NCBI GenBank assembly: GCA_965261005.1
Contig: OZ253375.1
Location: 384,001 to 448,000, forward strand
Reading direction: 5' to 3'
Length of the DNA: 64,000 bases
Source: Deinococcus sp.
Lineage (GTDB): Bacteria > Deinococcota > Deinococci > Deinococcales > Deinococcaceae
A program made the translations under genes and the position numbers. This document shows, one piece after another, positions 50,556 through 63,320 of the stretch. The first letter of the stretch is position 1, and every line of letters begins with the position of its first letter. Under the pieces are notes generated by a model. That model was not told the DNA's origin. It did no database searches and saw only the letters and a list, made by a program, of their open reading frames with translations.

Positions 50556-50903
50556 ATGGCACGCAAGTGGGAGGATTACGCGAATTTGGTGCTGGGCATT
50601 TGGCTGATCATCTCGCCTTACGCCCTCAACTTCACCGGCACGGCGCGCAGCGACGCGCTGTGGGTGGGTATTTTGGTGGCGCTGGTGGCCATCTGGGCGC
50701 TGGCGGTGCCCAGCTCACAGGCGGCCGAGTGGTCCGATCTGTTGCTGGGCGCCGGCCTGTTTATCGCGCCGTGGGTGTTGGGCTTTTCCGGCGTGCCGGC
50801 GGCGTCCTGGAACGCCTGGATCGTGGGCGCGCTGATCGCCATCTTTTCGGGCGTGGCGATTCCCGACACCGCGCGCTACGGCAACCGGACGACCACCCGC
50901 TGA
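50556..50903 (+). CDS. SPW-repeat membrane protein
   Basis: AGGAGG RBS; LGIWLIISPY and LFIAPWVLGF repeats. Confidence 0.8.
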   Translation: MARKWEDYANLVLGIWLIISPYALNFTGTARSDALWVGILVALVAIWALAVPSSQAAEWSDLLLGAGLFIAPWVLGFSGVPAASWNAWIVGALIAIFSGVAIPDTARYGNRTTTR

Positions 50904-50924
50904 GGGACCGTCCGCTGGGTGGTG

Positions 50925-50969
50925 AACGGGCGACCGGCCCACGCCGGTCGCCCGTTGTTCTGTTTTTTT
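50925..50969 (+). terminator. intrinsic terminator between convergent genes
   Basis: 14-bp stem AACGGGCGACCGGC/GCCGGTCGCCCGTT followed by a T-rich tail. Confidence 0.7.
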
Positions 50970-51480
50970 AGCTGGTCGGGTCCACCCGCAGCCGGTTGTG
51001 GACGTCCCGCACGCCGCGCACGCTCCCGGCGAGGTCCTCGGCGCGGCGTTTGTCCGCGCGGCGCTCGACCTGGCCGGCCAGGGTGACCTCGGCGCTCTGC
51101 ACGCTCAGCTCGATGCGCGAGGCGTCCAGGTCGGCGTCGTCCGCCAAGGCTTGGCCCACGTCCTCGTGAAGGCGCTCGTCGCTGCGCTGAAAGCCGCGCG
51201 GGCCGTGCCCGTAGTGTTGGCCCACTTCGCTCATGGGCGTCAGGCGCACCGGGCCGCGCTCTTCGGCGGGGCGCTGGTTTGGGGTGCGGCGCGGCGCGGT
51301 CTCGGCCTGAGGCTTCGAGAATTGGCGGTCCCGGTTTTGGCGGTCCTCGAAGGGTCGGTTGCCGTTCCAGCGGTCCTGGACCTTGCCGGGGTGCCAATCG
51401 CCGGGGGTGCGCTGAATGGGGTTGCCGTAGATGTCCCGGCGCTCGTCGTTGCTGTGGTCGTCGCGGTCTCGCCTGGTCAT
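50968..51480 (-). CDS. BON-domain protein
   Basis: GPRGFQRSDERL..DV, VTLAGQV, VRGVRDVHNRL. Confidence 0.85.
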   Translation of the reverse strand: MTRRDRDDHSNDERRDIYGNPIQRTPGDWHPGKVQDRWNGNRPFEDRQNRDRQFSKPQAETAPRRTPNQRPAEERGPVRLTPMSEVGQHYGHGPRGFQRSDERLHEDVGQALADDADLDASRIELSVQSAEVTLAGQVERRADKRRAEDLAGSVRGVRDVHNRLRVDPTS

Positions 51481-51550
51481 GAATTCCTCCTGTGCCTTTA
51501 AGGTAGCGGGCCGTCGGGTGGGCGGCGTGGCGAACGGCTAAAGCGGCCTT

Positions 51551-52641
<1,091 letters not shown>

Positions 52642-52645
<4 letters not shown>

Positions 52646-53490
52646 GGAAGATCGAGCGGCTCGGCCCGCCAGGTTCCCTTGGCGTCCTGCGCGAGGCGGC
52701 CGAAGGGGTGCTGGGGGTCGTGGGGAGTGGCGATGATGGCGTTCTCGGTTTCCCATTGCGGGAAGTACTGCTTGCGCACGTCCAGGGTGGTGACCGGGTA
52801 CAAATCGTAGCCCATGATGTATGGGAGGGGCGCGTGGGCCAAGGTGGGCAGCAGGTCAGCGACGTAGACGAGCGTCTTTCCTTCCGAGTGGAGCTTTACG
52901 CCTTGTTGGCCGAGGTTGTGGCCGGGCAGGGGGACGACGCTGAGGCCGGGGAGGAGTTCAGCCTCGCCTTCGGTCAGCTCGAAGAGGCCGGCATGTTCGA
53001 TGGGTTGTATATATTCAGGGCGATAGCTGGCTTGGTTGCGCTCGTTCGGGTGGGTGGCGTCATGGAGTTCTTGCGCCTGCACCACGTGGGCGGCCCGCGG
53101 GAAGGTCGGCTTGCCCTCCCCCGTCACGTTGCGCCCGGCGTGGTCGAAGTGCAGGTGGGTGTTGATGACCAGGTGAATGTCGTCCGGGGTGAGGCCCGCG
53201 CGCCTGAGGCCGCCGAACACCGTCTCGTCGCGCTCGACGGCGTAGATCGCGTCAAACTTCTCGCCGCCCCCGTCCCAAAAGCCGGTCTCGATCAGGATGT
53301 TTTTGCCCTCCAGCTGGATCAACAGCGGGTTGATGCGCAGCTGAACGCGGTTCTGGTCGTCGGGGGGACTGAGCTTTTGCCACAGGTTGCGCGGCACGAC
53401 GCCGAACATGGCGCCGCCGTCGAGGCGAAAGCGCCCGTCGGTCAGCGACGTCACGCGCGCCTTGCCAAGGGTGAGGGTGTGGTTCCACAT
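52642..53490 (-). CDS. MBL-fold metallo-hydrolase (YtnP-like)
   Basis: LDGGAMFGVVP, THLHFDHAG, MGYD. Confidence 0.85.
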
Positions 53491-53529
53491 GAGGGGACTG
53501 TAGCAAGCGGCGGCCCCCTCGGCAGCCCC

Positions 53530-54305
53530 TTAGCGCGCGCAGCCCGCCTTGATCTCCGCCGCCAGCGGCCCAACCCCGCCCGGCTGGGTGGCCGCCGTCA
53601 CCAGGGCGCTGCCCACCACCACGCCGTCGGCGACCTCGGCCACGGCGCGCGCGGAGGCGCGGTCGGCGACGCCGAAGCCGACCGCGATGGGCAGATCGGT
53701 GTGCTGCCGGGCTTGGGCCAGCATCATCGGGACCTCGTGCAGGGCGCCCTGGGCGCGCGCCCCGGTCACCCCCGTCACGCTGACGGCGTAGAGAAAGCCG
53801 GTCGTGGCTTCCGCCACCAAGGCGACCCGCTTCGGCGTGGAGGTCGGCGCGATCAGAAAGGTGAGCTTGAGGCCGTGTTCCCCCGCCAAGGCACTCAAGG
53901 TTTCCGCCTCGTCGGGCGGCAGATCGGGCAGGATCAGGCCGTCCACGCCGGCCGCCAGGGCATCCTCGACGAATCTTTCCTCGCCCCAAGCCAGGATGGG
54001 GTTGTAGTAGGTCATGATGACCAGCGGCTTGTCGCTCACGTTGCGCAGCTCCCGGGCCGCCTCGAAGGTGCCCGCGATGGTGGCGCCGTTTCGGAGGGCC
54101 TGCTCGCTGGCCTTTTGGACGGTGGGACCGTCGCCGAGGGGGTCGGAGTACGGCAGGCCGATTTCGAGCAGGTCGGCGCTCTTCAGCAGGGTGCGGGCCT
54201 CTGTTTGGAAGCGCTGTTTGTCGGGGTAGTCGGCGGGCAGGTAGGCGATGAAGGCGGCGCGGTGCTCGGCTGTGGCCGCGTCAAAGGCGCTGCGGATGCG
54301 GTCGG

Positions 54306-54309
<4 letters not shown>
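53530..54309 (-). CDS. trpA: tryptophan synthase alpha chain
   Basis: [30 protein letters not shown]. Confidence 0.95.
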
Positions 54310-55544
<1,235 letters not shown>

Positions 55545-55548
55545 GCCT

Positions 55549-56430
55549 TCAGGTTAGCGGGGGGCGGGGGGGGGCGGCGCTCAGAAACTTAGACAAGTCG
55601 TCTAGGTTTTCCCGCCACAGCTGCAACAGGTCGTCCATGCTGACCTCATCCGGCATGGTCCAACCGAGCGAGGAGGCCAGCTGAGCCAGCAGGCGCTGAG
55701 GGTGGTCTCCGTTTTCCCTGAAGTCGGCCACGCTGGGGGCGCCGCCGCGTTTGGCGAGGCGCCGGCCCGCGAAGTCGGTCATCAGGGGGACGTGCAGGTA
55801 GCGCGGGGTGGGCAGTTTCAGGGCGCGTTGCAGGGCGACTTGGCGCGGCGTGCTGGGCCACAGGTCTTCCCCGCGCAGCACGTCGGTCACCTTCATGTCG
55901 GCGTCGTCCACCACGGCGGCCAGGTGATAGGCGTAGGCCCCGTCGGCGCGCTGGAGAACGAAGTCGCCCACTTGGGCCGGCAGGTCTTGGCAGAGTTGGC
56001 CCAGGCGCAGGTCGTGAGCGCAGACGGTTTTGTCGGGGACGCGCCAGCGCACGGCGCCGGAGGTGAATCGTTTGTCGCGGCAAGTGCCGGGATAGACGGT
56101 CTCTTTCCCGTGCGGGGCGGCGGCGGCTTCGGCGACGCTTTTGCGGGTGCAGGTGCAGCGGTAGGTGGGCAGGGCGGCGAGGGCCTGCTGGTACAGGAAC
56201 AATCGCTGGGACTGTATATATTCCTGGTCCCAGGTCAGGCCCAGCCAGGCCAGGTCGCGCCGGGTCAGCTCAAAGGCGCCTGGGCGCACCCGGCCGGCGT
56301 CGAGGTCCTCGAAGCGCAACAGAAAGCGCCCGCCCACGGCGCGAACGTGCAGCCAAGCCAGCAGCGCGGTGCGCGCGTTGCCCAGGTGCAGCGGGCCGGT
56401 CGGGCTGGGGGCGAAGCGGCCGATGACCAT
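55549..56430 (-). CDS. gluQ: glutamyl-Q tRNA(Asp) synthetase
   Basis: [22 protein letters not shown]; no anticodon-binding domain. Confidence 0.88.
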   Translation of the reverse strand: MVIGRFAPSPTGPLHLGNARTALLAWLHVRAVGGRFLLRFEDLDAGRVRPGAFELTRRDLAWLGLTWDQEYIQSQRLFLYQQALAALPTYRCTCTRKSVAEAAAAPHGKETVYPGTCRDKRFTSGAVRWRVPDKTVCAHDLRLGQLCQDLPAQVGDFVLQRADGAYAYHLAAVVDDADMKVTDVLRGEDLWPSTPRQVALQRALKLPTPRYLHVPLMTDFAGRRLAKRGGAPSVADFRENGDHPQRLLAQLASSLGWTMPDEVSMDDLLQLWRENLDDLSKFLSAAPPRPPLT

Positions 56431-56479
56431 TCAGCTGGCCACCCTTCAGCCGACCGCCATTCAGCTGACCACCATTCAG
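56427..56479 (-). repeat. 15-bp imperfect tandem repeat (about 3.5 copies) between rel and gluQ
   Basis: CTGAATGGTGGTCAG-like units with period 15. Confidence 0.8.
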
Positions 56480-58779
56480 TCGTCGCCCGCGAGGGGGCGC
56501 GGCACGCCCGGCACCGACTTGCCGCCGCGCGCCCCGACGCGCAGCACGTCCTGCACGTCGCGCACCCGGCGCACGGCGTCCGCGAGCACGCTGAGGTCAA
56601 AGCGGTCCCCCACCGCCACGCGCAGGTAGATGTGCGCGACGCCCCCCGCCGCCACGCCGGCCTCCACCTTGAGGGGACTGCGCTTTTGGTCGCCGAGGAC
56701 CGAGAGCACCTCAGCGAGCAACCCGGGGCGGTCGGTGGCGACCACGTCGAGGTCCACCAAGGCGTCGCCGGTTTGGCCGGGGTCCCACGCCGCCGACACG
56801 CAGCGGTCCGGCTCGTCCTTGAGTAGGCGCGCCAAGTTGGGGCAGTCGGCGCGGTGAATGGTCACGCCGCGCCCGCGGGTGACGTAGCCCAGAATCTGGT
56901 CGCCGCGAATCGGGTGGCAGCAGTTGGCGCTTTTGCTGGGCGTGCTGATGCCCTGGACGTACACGCCGCCCGGCGCCGGGGCGACCCTGGGCGCCGGGGG
57001 CGCGGGCCGCTGCTCGCGCTGCAACTCAGGCGAAAGTACGCGCGCCACCGCCCCGCAGGTCAGCTTGCCGGCGTGCAGGGCAAAGTAGAGGTCGTCGGGG
57101 TTGCGGCTGCCCAGCAGCTTGCCCGCCGCGTCCTCCAGCAACTTGGTGCGCATCAGTTGCCGCACCGGCAGTTGGCGCTTGCGCAAGTAGCGCTCCAGCG
57201 CGTCGTGGCCGCTTTGCAGGGCTTCTTGGCGCTCGCGCTGGCGGAAGAAGTGCCGAATCTTGCCGCGCGCGCTGCGGGTGACGGTGAAATTCAGCCAATC
57301 CTGGCTGGGGCCGGCGGAGTTGCGGCTGGCGATGATCTCGACCATGTCGCCGTTCTTGAGCTTGGCGCTCAGCGGCACGATGGAGCCGTTCACCCGCGCG
57401 CCCACGGCGGTGTCGCCGACGCGCGAGTGAATGTGGTAGGCGAAGTCCACCGGCGTGCTGCCCTGCGGCAAGCTGACGGCGTCCCCCTTCGGCGTGAACA
57501 CGAACACCCGCCCCGACAACAGGTCGCTCTTGACCGCGTCCACGAAGTCGCTGGCGTCGGCGATGTCGCGCTGAAGTTCGCTCAGCTGCAACAGCCAGTT
57601 TTCACGGCTGCGCCCGCTGAGGGCCGCCCCCTGCTTGTACATCCAGTGGGCCGCCACGCCGAACTCGGCGACCTCGTGCATGCGCGAGGAGCGGATCTGC
57701 ACCTCGATGGGCTGGCCGGCGGTGGAGATCACGGTGGTGTGCAGGCTTTGGTAGCCGTTGGGCTTGGGCACCGCGATGTAGTCCTTGAAGCGGCCCGGAA
57801 TCGGCGTCCACATCGAGTGAACCAACCCCAAGCTGTGGTAGCAGACTTGCTTTTCGCGCAGATCAAAGGCGCGCTCGGGGTTGGCTTCGGCCGCTCCGGC
57901 GGGCTTCGGCGTCAAGATCACGCGCACCGCCAACAGATCAAAGATCTGCTCCAGGGACTTGCCCTCTTTTTGCATCTTGTGGTGAATCGAGTAGAGGTGC
58001 TTGCTGCGCCCGGCGATGTCGATGTCCTCGACCCACTCCGACAGCTCGGGGTCCTCCAAGAGGGCCGCGCGCAACTGAACGGCCGCCGCGTGAATGTGCG
58101 CCTCGCGCTCGGCTTGCTTGGTGCGCAACCGGCGCGCCAAGCTGTCGTGGGCCTCCGGGTCGAGGTAGTAGAAGCTGAGGTCTTCGAGTTCCCACTTGAT
58201 CTGCCCGATGCCGAGGCGGTGCGCCAGCGGCGCGAAGATCTCCAAGGTCTCACGCGCGATGCGCTGCTGCTTGTCGGGCGGCATGCTGCCGAGGGTGCGC
58301 ATGTTGTGCAGCCGGTCGGCCAGCTTGACGATGATGACGCGCAAATCCCCCGTCATGGCGACCAACATCTGGCGCAAATTCTCGCTTTGCTCGTCGTGCA
58401 GCTTGGAGGACATCTTGGTCAGCTTGCTGACCTTGGTCTCCCCCTCCACGATGCGCCGCACGGCCGGGCCGAAGTCGCGCTCGATGTCCTCAAAGGTCAG
58501 GTCGGTGTCCTCGACCGTGTCGTGCAGCAAACCCGCCACCACCCCGTCGGTGTCCATGCCGAGGTCGGCCAGAATCTGCGCGACGGCCAGCGGGTGCGTG
58601 ATGTACGGCTCCCCGCTTTTGCGCAGGGTGCCGGCGTGGGCGCGCTCGGCCACCCGGTACGCGGTCAGGACGCGGGCGCGCTCGGCGGACGGCCGCGGCG
58701 CGAGGGTCGCCAACAGAAACGCCAAGCCGTCCGTCACCGGATCATTCGTCCCCGAGTTGTCCGCCGCTTGGCCGTGCAT
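56476..58779 (-). CDS. rel: bifunctional (p)ppGpp synthetase/hydrolase RelA/SpoT
   Basis: RKSGEPYITHP, LHDTVED, KLADRLHNMRT, YQSLHT, TGS and ACT domains. Confidence 0.95.
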   Translation of the reverse strand: MHGQAADNSGTNDPVTDGLAFLLATLAPRPSAERARVLTAYRVAERAHAGTLRKSGEPYITHPLAVAQILADLGMDTDGVVAGLLHDTVEDTDLTFEDIERDFGPAVRRIVEGETKVSKLTKMSSKLHDEQSENLRQMLVAMTGDLRVIIVKLADRLHNMRTLGSMPPDKQQRIARETLEIFAPLAHRLGIGQIKWELEDLSFYYLDPEAHDSLARRLRTKQAEREAHIHAAAVQLRAALLEDPELSEWVEDIDIAGRSKHLYSIHHKMQKEGKSLEQIFDLLAVRVILTPKPAGAAEANPERAFDLREKQVCYHSLGLVHSMWTPIPGRFKDYIAVPKPNGYQSLHTTVISTAGQPIEVQIRSSRMHEVAEFGVAAHWMYKQGAALSGRSRENWLLQLSELQRDIADASDFVDAVKSDLLSGRVFVFTPKGDAVSLPQGSTPVDFAYHIHSRVGDTAVGARVNGSIVPLSAKLKNGDMVEIIASRNSAGPSQDWLNFTVTRSARGKIRHFFRQRERQEALQSGHDALERYLRKRQLPVRQLMRTKLLEDAAGKLLGSRNPDDLYFALHAGKLTCGAVARVLSPELQREQRPAPPAPRVAPAPGGVYVQGISTPSKSANCCHPIRGDQILGYVTRGRGVTIHRADCPNLARLLKDEPDRCVSAAWDPGQTGDALVDLDVVATDRPGLLAEVLSVLGDQKRSPLKVEAGVAAGGVAHIYLRVAVGDRFDLSVLADAVRRVRDVQDVLRVGARGGKSVPGVPRPLAGDD

Positions 58780-58825
58780 CCGCCCAGAATAGCGCAGGCG
58801 CCGGGAAAGATCGTGCCCGCGGGCC

Positions 58826-58850
58826 AAAAAAAAGCCCGCGCGTGGCGGGC
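58826..58850 (-). terminator. intrinsic terminator after small ORF
   Basis: GCCCGC-CACGC-GCGGGC followed by T8. Confidence 0.7.
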
Positions 58851-58867
58851 GAAAAGAGAAAGCTAGG

Positions 58868-58975
58868 TTAGCGGCGGCGCGCACGAACGGGAACGCGCGC
58901 CGGCTCGGGCTGCGGAAACAGCGCACGCTCCAACGCTTCGCGCAGGGCGGCGAGGGCCTTTTTGAGATCGTCCAT
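58868..58975 (-). CDS. 35-aa small protein MDDLKKALAALREALERALFPQPEPARVPVRARRR
   Basis: AAGGGAG RBS, ATG...TAA and its own terminator; below the ORF-track size cutoff. Confidence 0.6.
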   Translation of the reverse strand: MDDLKKALAALREALERALFPQPEPARVPVRARRR

Positions 58976-59066
58976 AAGCTCCCTTATGCTACGCGCCCGC
59001 AGGTGAAAGTCGTGCGCTTTTGGTCACAACTCGTGAGGAAACCGCCCGGCAGGTTTACGGCCAGCC

Positions 59067-59660
59067 TTAGCTTTCGGGCTTGTCGCCCCCGCCCAGCAGG
59101 CCGCCCAACATCCCGCCCAAACCGCCGGTCTGGGCCGAGTCGCCCTGTGCGCCGAACAAGCCGCCCAGCACGCCGAGGGCGCCCGGCATCTTTTGGGCGA
59201 TGCTGCCAGCTTCCCCCGAAAGCAGCGAGCCGAGACCGCCCGCGCCGAGGCCCTGCTGGTTCTGCTGCCGGCCGAGGGCGCCCATCACCAGCGGGGCGAG
59301 GCTGCTCAGCAAGCGCATGGCCGAGGACGTGTCGAGGCCGCTGCTCTGGCTGACCGCCTGGGCGGCCTGCTCGGTGTGAGCGCCGAAGACGTGCTGCACG
59401 ATCTTCTGGCCTTCCTGGGTGTCCACTTGGCCGCCCTCGCGCAGCTGGTCGAGGGCCTGACCGTCATGCCGGCCGAGGGCGCCCAGCAAGTTTTGGGCGC
59501 CGCCGGGCTGGCTGGCATTGTGCGATAAGCCCGACAACAGCAGCGGCAAGGCGGACTGAATGCCCGCCGCCGTTTGGCTGGGTTCGGCGCCGACGGTCTG
59601 GCTGATTTGGCGGGTCTGCTCCTCGCCGAGAGCGCCGAGCACGGTATCGAGTAGGGACAT
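59067..59660 (-). CDS. DUF937-family protein
   Basis: SALPLLL, GQKIVQHVFG, LAPLVMGALG, Gly-rich tail. Confidence 0.75.
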   Translation of the reverse strand: MSLLDTVLGALGEEQTRQISQTVGAEPSQTAAGIQSALPLLLSGLSHNASQPGGAQNLLGALGRHDGQALDQLREGGQVDTQEGQKIVQHVFGAHTEQAAQAVSQSSGLDTSSAMRLLSSLAPLVMGALGRQQNQQGLGAGGLGSLLSGEAGSIAQKMPGALGVLGGLFGAQGDSAQTGGLGGMLGGLLGGGDKPES

Positions 59661-59677
59661 ACAAGCTCCTTTGAAAA

Positions 59678-60394
59678 TCAGCCCTTCTTGGGCTGGGCCG
59701 GCCGCACCTCGATGCGGCTGGGCAAGGTGCGCGCGGGCATGTCGAGCAGGTCAACCACAATCTGCGCGATGTCCTCCGGCTGAATCTTCCAAGCGTCGGC
59801 CTGATCCGGCTGGTGGCCGCCGAAGTGGGTGGCGACCGAGCCGGGCATGATCTGCGACACCTTGATGCCCAGCGGCCGCAGATCGAGCATCATCGCCTCG
59901 GATAAACCGTTCAGGCCGAACTTGCTGGCGTTGTAGGCGCCGCCGCCGGCAAAGGGATTCTTGCCGGCCAGGCTCGACAAGGTGATGACGTAGCCGCCGC
60001 TCTTTTGCAACTCGGGGACGCTGGCCTTGACGCTGTAAAAGACGCCGGTCAGGTTGGTGTCAATCACGTCTTGCCACTGCTCGGGGTCGAGGTCCTGAAT
60101 GGGCGCGAAGTGACCGACGCCGGCGTTGGCGAACAAGACGCTCAAGCCGCCGAACTTCTCGACGTGCCGCCGCACCACGTCTTGCTGGGCGGCGAGGTCG
60201 CGCACGTCACAGACCACGCCGAGAGCCTGATCGCCGAGGTCGCGCGCCGCCGCCGCCACCTCCTGCTGGTTGCGGGCGGTGATGGTCACGCCGTAACCGC
60301 TCTCCACCAGCGCCCGCGCCACGGCCAAGCCGATGCCCTTGCTGCCGCCGGTGACGAGGGCGCTGCGACGGCCGGGGTTAGACTGCATGCTCAT
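59678..60394 (-). CDS. SDR-family oxidoreductase
   Basis: TGGSKGIG, NAG, YNASK. Confidence 0.9.
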   Translation of the reverse strand: MSMQSNPGRRSALVTGGSKGIGLAVARALVESGYGVTITARNQQEVAAAARDLGDQALGVVCDVRDLAAQQDVVRRHVEKFGGLSVLFANAGVGHFAPIQDLDPEQWQDVIDTNLTGVFYSVKASVPELQKSGGYVITLSSLAGKNPFAGGGAYNASKFGLNGLSEAMMLDLRPLGIKVSQIMPGSVATHFGGHQPDQADAWKIQPEDIAQIVVDLLDMPARTLPSRIEVRPAQPKKG

Positions 60395-60481
60395 ACCACA
60401 CGCTAACACGCCGCAGAAACGACGTTTTGCTGACTGAACGCGCGCTCAAGGGCGGCTTATGAAAGCGCTCTAGCATACGGC

Positions 60482-61090
60482 ATGCGACGCCTCCTCGACA
60501 CGCTGCGCCTGCTGCGCTCACCCCAGGGCTGCCCGTGGGACCAGGAGCAGACCCACGCCAGCTTGCGCCCCTACCTGCTCGAAGAGGCCGCCGAGGCGGT
60601 GGACGCCTTGTCGGCGGGAAAAGATGCGGAGGTGGTGAACGAGCTGGGCGACGTGCTGCTTCAGGTGGCCTTTCACGCCGTCATCGCCGAGGAGGAGGGG
60701 CGCTACGGCTACGCTGACATCGAGGGCGCCATCGTGGACAAGCTGGTCCGGCGCCACCCGCACGTGTTCGCGGGCGTGCACGTCGAAGGGAGTGACGAGG
60801 TGGTCCGCAACTGGCAGGCCATCAAGCGTGAGGAGCGCGGCGGGCGCGAGAAAAGCCTTCAGGAGCGCGTGCCGGCAAGTTTGGGCGCCCTGGCGCGCGA
60901 GGCAGCGGTGCAGGGGCAGCTGGGAACGGGGACGCGAGGGCGACAGGACGCGCTGAACTTGGCCGGCGAGATCGAGGAATCGGAGGCCGGCTTCGGCGCG
61001 CTGCTCGCCGCCGTGGTCACCTGGACGCGCGAGTGTGGCGTGGACCCCGAGGTGGCCCTCAGGGCGCACACGGCGCGGCAAACGTCTTGA
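60482..61090 (+). CDS. mazG: MazG-family nucleotide pyrophosphohydrolase
   Basis: [30 protein letters not shown]. Confidence 0.88.
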   Translation: MRRLLDTLRLLRSPQGCPWDQEQTHASLRPYLLEEAAEAVDALSAGKDAEVVNELGDVLLQVAFHAVIAEEEGRYGYADIEGAIVDKLVRRHPHVFAGVHVEGSDEVVRNWQAIKREERGGREKSLQERVPASLGALAREAAVQGQLGTGTRGRQDALNLAGEIEESEAGFGALLAAVVTWTRECGVDPEVALRAHTARQTS

Positions 61091-61641
61091 GCGGGTCGGA
61101 CGACCCCTGGCACACTTGGCTGAACGGCCGGACGCGGCGCGCGCTGCACCTGCCCGGATACAGAAGCGCGGCGGTGCTGGTCGGGCTGACTGACGAGCCG
61201 GAAACGCGCGTGTTGCTGACCCGGCGCTCGATGAAGTTACCCACGCACGGAGGCCAGATCAGCTTTCCGGGCGGGCGCCTGGAGGTTGGCGAGAACGCCA
61301 CCCAGGCCGCGCTGCGTGAGGCTTGGGAAGAGGTCGGGCTGAACCCGAATCAGGTCCGGGTGCTGGGCGAGCTGGACGATGTGTTCACGCCGGCCGGCTT
61401 TCACGTGACGCCGGTGCTGGCGCGCCTGCCGGCCGCTGAGCCGTACCAGCTCAGCGGCGAGGTGGACGAGGTGTTGCTGCCCAGCCTGCGCGAACTGCGC
61501 GCGCTTCCGCCTCTTGCCGAGGAGCGCGCCTTGCCGGGCGGCGAGCGCCAGCTGCTGTACCGCTATCCCTGGCGTACACACGACATCTGGGGCATGACCG
61601 CGCGGGTGCTGCGCGACGTGCTGGAAAGCGGCGTGGGGTGA
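61087..61641 (+). CDS. Nudix CoA pyrophosphatase
   Basis: [29 protein letters not shown] overlaps the mazG stop. Confidence 0.85.
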   Translation: MSGSDDPWHTWLNGRTRRALHLPGYRSAAVLVGLTDEPETRVLLTRRSMKLPTHGGQISFPGGRLEVGENATQAALREAWEEVGLNPNQVRVLGELDDVFTPAGFHVTPVLARLPAAEPYQLSGEVDEVLLPSLRELRALPPLAEERALPGGERQLLYRYPWRTHDIWGMTARVLRDVLESGVG

Positions 61642-61642
61642 G

Positions 61643-62308
61643 TTACTGGCTGGTCAGCGGCGTGGGCACGTGCAGATAAAAGGCGAGGGGGGCGCTGGTC
61701 ATGGCGCGGCGGTAGACGTCGTCCGCCTTGGGCAGGTAGACGTAGTGCTCGGCACGGGTCAGACCGCCCTCTATGTTCCAGCGGCTCTGTATTTCCGGGG
61801 ACGCCGTGCGGTACGACAAGATGAAGGCTTTGTCCGTGTAGATCAGCCGGTCGTGGGTCATGCGCGGCAGCAGCTCACCATCGTCGAGGACGCTGTTCTT
61901 GTTGGCGTCCTGAAACATCACCAGCGACAGCACGGCCACCCGCGCGTCCGCGCCCGTCACGTCCGTCATGGTGGCCCCCTGCGGAATCAGGCTGGCCGGC
62001 GCCACGCGAACGGCGCCGGCCGCGAAGCCGCGCAGCTGCGTGACGTCCAGTTTGAGCTGGGTGGCGCCGCCGGCCACCGGAATCACGCCGCGCAGCCGTC
62101 CGTCCATATCTTGCAGGCCCAGGTAGGTGGGCGCCCCGTTTGGCACCGGATCGAAGGTGACAAGGTCGGTTGCGGCGGCGGGAACACCCGTCTCAGGATC
62201 GGGGGGCGTCACGGGCAGGCGGTCGCCGAGGGCGCTGGTGCCGCTCCCACAAGCGGTCAGCGCGGCGGCGGTCAGCAAGGCGACGAGGGTGATCGAAACG
62301 GTCTTCAC
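61643..62308 (-). CDS. lipoprotein of unknown function (paralogue of the next gene)
   Basis: LTAC lipobox; GTG overlaps the upstream stop. Confidence 0.65.
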   Translation of the reverse strand: MKTVSITLVALLTAAALTACGSGTSALGDRLPVTPPDPETGVPAAATDLVTFDPVPNGAPTYLGLQDMDGRLRGVIPVAGGATQLKLDVTQLRGFAAGAVRVAPASLIPQGATMTDVTGADARVAVLSLVMFQDANKNSVLDDGELLPRMTHDRLIYTDKAFILSYRTASPEIQSRWNIEGGLTRAEHYVYLPKADDVYRRAMTSAPLAFYLHVPTPLTSQ

Positions 62309-63006
62309 TTGTTCCCCCTCAAGCTCTGGCTGGAGGCGTAGGCGCTCGGCTCGTGCAAAAAGAAGCTGAGGTCCGCGACCGAGTTCATGCTGATCTGGTA
62401 GGTGCCGGGCGCCGCCGAGGGTTCGAGAACCACATGCTCGACATGGCTCCACCCCTCGGCGCGCTGGCCGCGCTCCACGGCGTTCGCGACCGGCAAGCTG
62501 AAGCTGTAGGAAAACGGCGCGCTGGCATAGCTGTAGACGTCGTGTGTGTCGTAGACCACCTCGCCCTCGCCGCTAAGCGTGCCGTCGCCGTCAAGGTCGC
62601 GCCACACGACGGGATACAGGTTGCCGGTCTTGACGCCTGACTGCGACACTTGCACATCAGTCTTGTCGGCGGTCTCGCCGCCCAAAAAGGGTGTGAGGAA
62701 CTCGGGGTTGTTGACGAGGTCGTCGAGGTCGCCGCGCGATATGTAGAGATCGCTCCCGTCCTTCGAGACATAGCCGCCGCCCACCGTATGCGACTTACCT
62801 GCCGCGTCATACCACAGCAGCGAGCCGCGCAGGTGGGTGTTCTCGTCCGGGGGCGTTTTGAGGTTGTCCGTCGCGCCGGGAGGCAGGCGCAAGGTGAAGC
62901 CTTGGCCGATCACCATATATGATGAGGTGGGGCCGGGGCAGGCCGTCAATAAGGCCGTCAACGCAAAAGCTCCCAGCGAGCCGAACACAAAGCGCTTGGT
63001 TTTCAT
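62305..63006 (-). CDS. lipoprotein of unknown function
   Basis: LTAC lipobox; DLDGDG EF-hand-like loop. Confidence 0.65.
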   Translation of the reverse strand: MKTKRFVFGSLGAFALTALLTACPGPTSSYMVIGQGFTLRLPPGATDNLKTPPDENTHLRGSLLWYDAAGKSHTVGGGYVSKDGSDLYISRGDLDDLVNNPEFLTPFLGGETADKTDVQVSQSGVKTGNLYPVVWRDLDGDGTLSGEGEVVYDTHDVYSYASAPFSYSFSLPVANAVERGQRAEGWSHVEHVVLEPSAAPGTYQISMNSVADLSFFLHEPSAYASSQSLRGNK

Positions 63007-63046
63007 GTGGCGTTCATTGTAAATGTCGTCACGCTAAGTTTCAACC

Positions 63047-63295
63047 TCAGCGCCGCCGCGCGATCAGCTCGCGCAGCTTTTCGCTTGAGACGCGCGTGAA
63101 CAGCGCACCGTCGATTTTGACGATGGGGGCGTCCTCTGGCGGCTCGGCGCAGCGCGACAACAGCAGCTCGAAGTTGCCGTCGGCGCTGACCATGCCGGGC
63201 GAGATGCGCAGCTCGTTCCAAATCAAGTCCAGCAAAACCTCGCGCTCGTCGGCGCCCAGGCCCTCGGTGCAGAGTTCGATGCGGTGCAGGCTCAC
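63047..63295 (-). CDS. small thioredoxin-like, NuoE C-terminal-like protein
   Basis: LC...SADGNFEL...C...PIVKIDG pattern; only two Cys. Confidence 0.5.
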   Translation of the reverse strand: MSLHRIELCTEGLGADEREVLLDLIWNELRISPGMVSADGNFELLLSRCAEPPEDAPIVKIDGALFTRVSSEKLRELIARRR

Positions 63296-63320
63296 GCCCG
63301 TTCCCTTGGCCGCAGGTCGC

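Noticed and set aside
55555..55580. G-rich tract as a phase-variation switch
   Set aside because: The run is short, interrupted and at the extreme 3' end of gluQ; no frameshift is evident.
56427..56479. CRISPR array
   Set aside because: 15-bp units without spacers and no cas genes; no CRISPR array was seen in the window.
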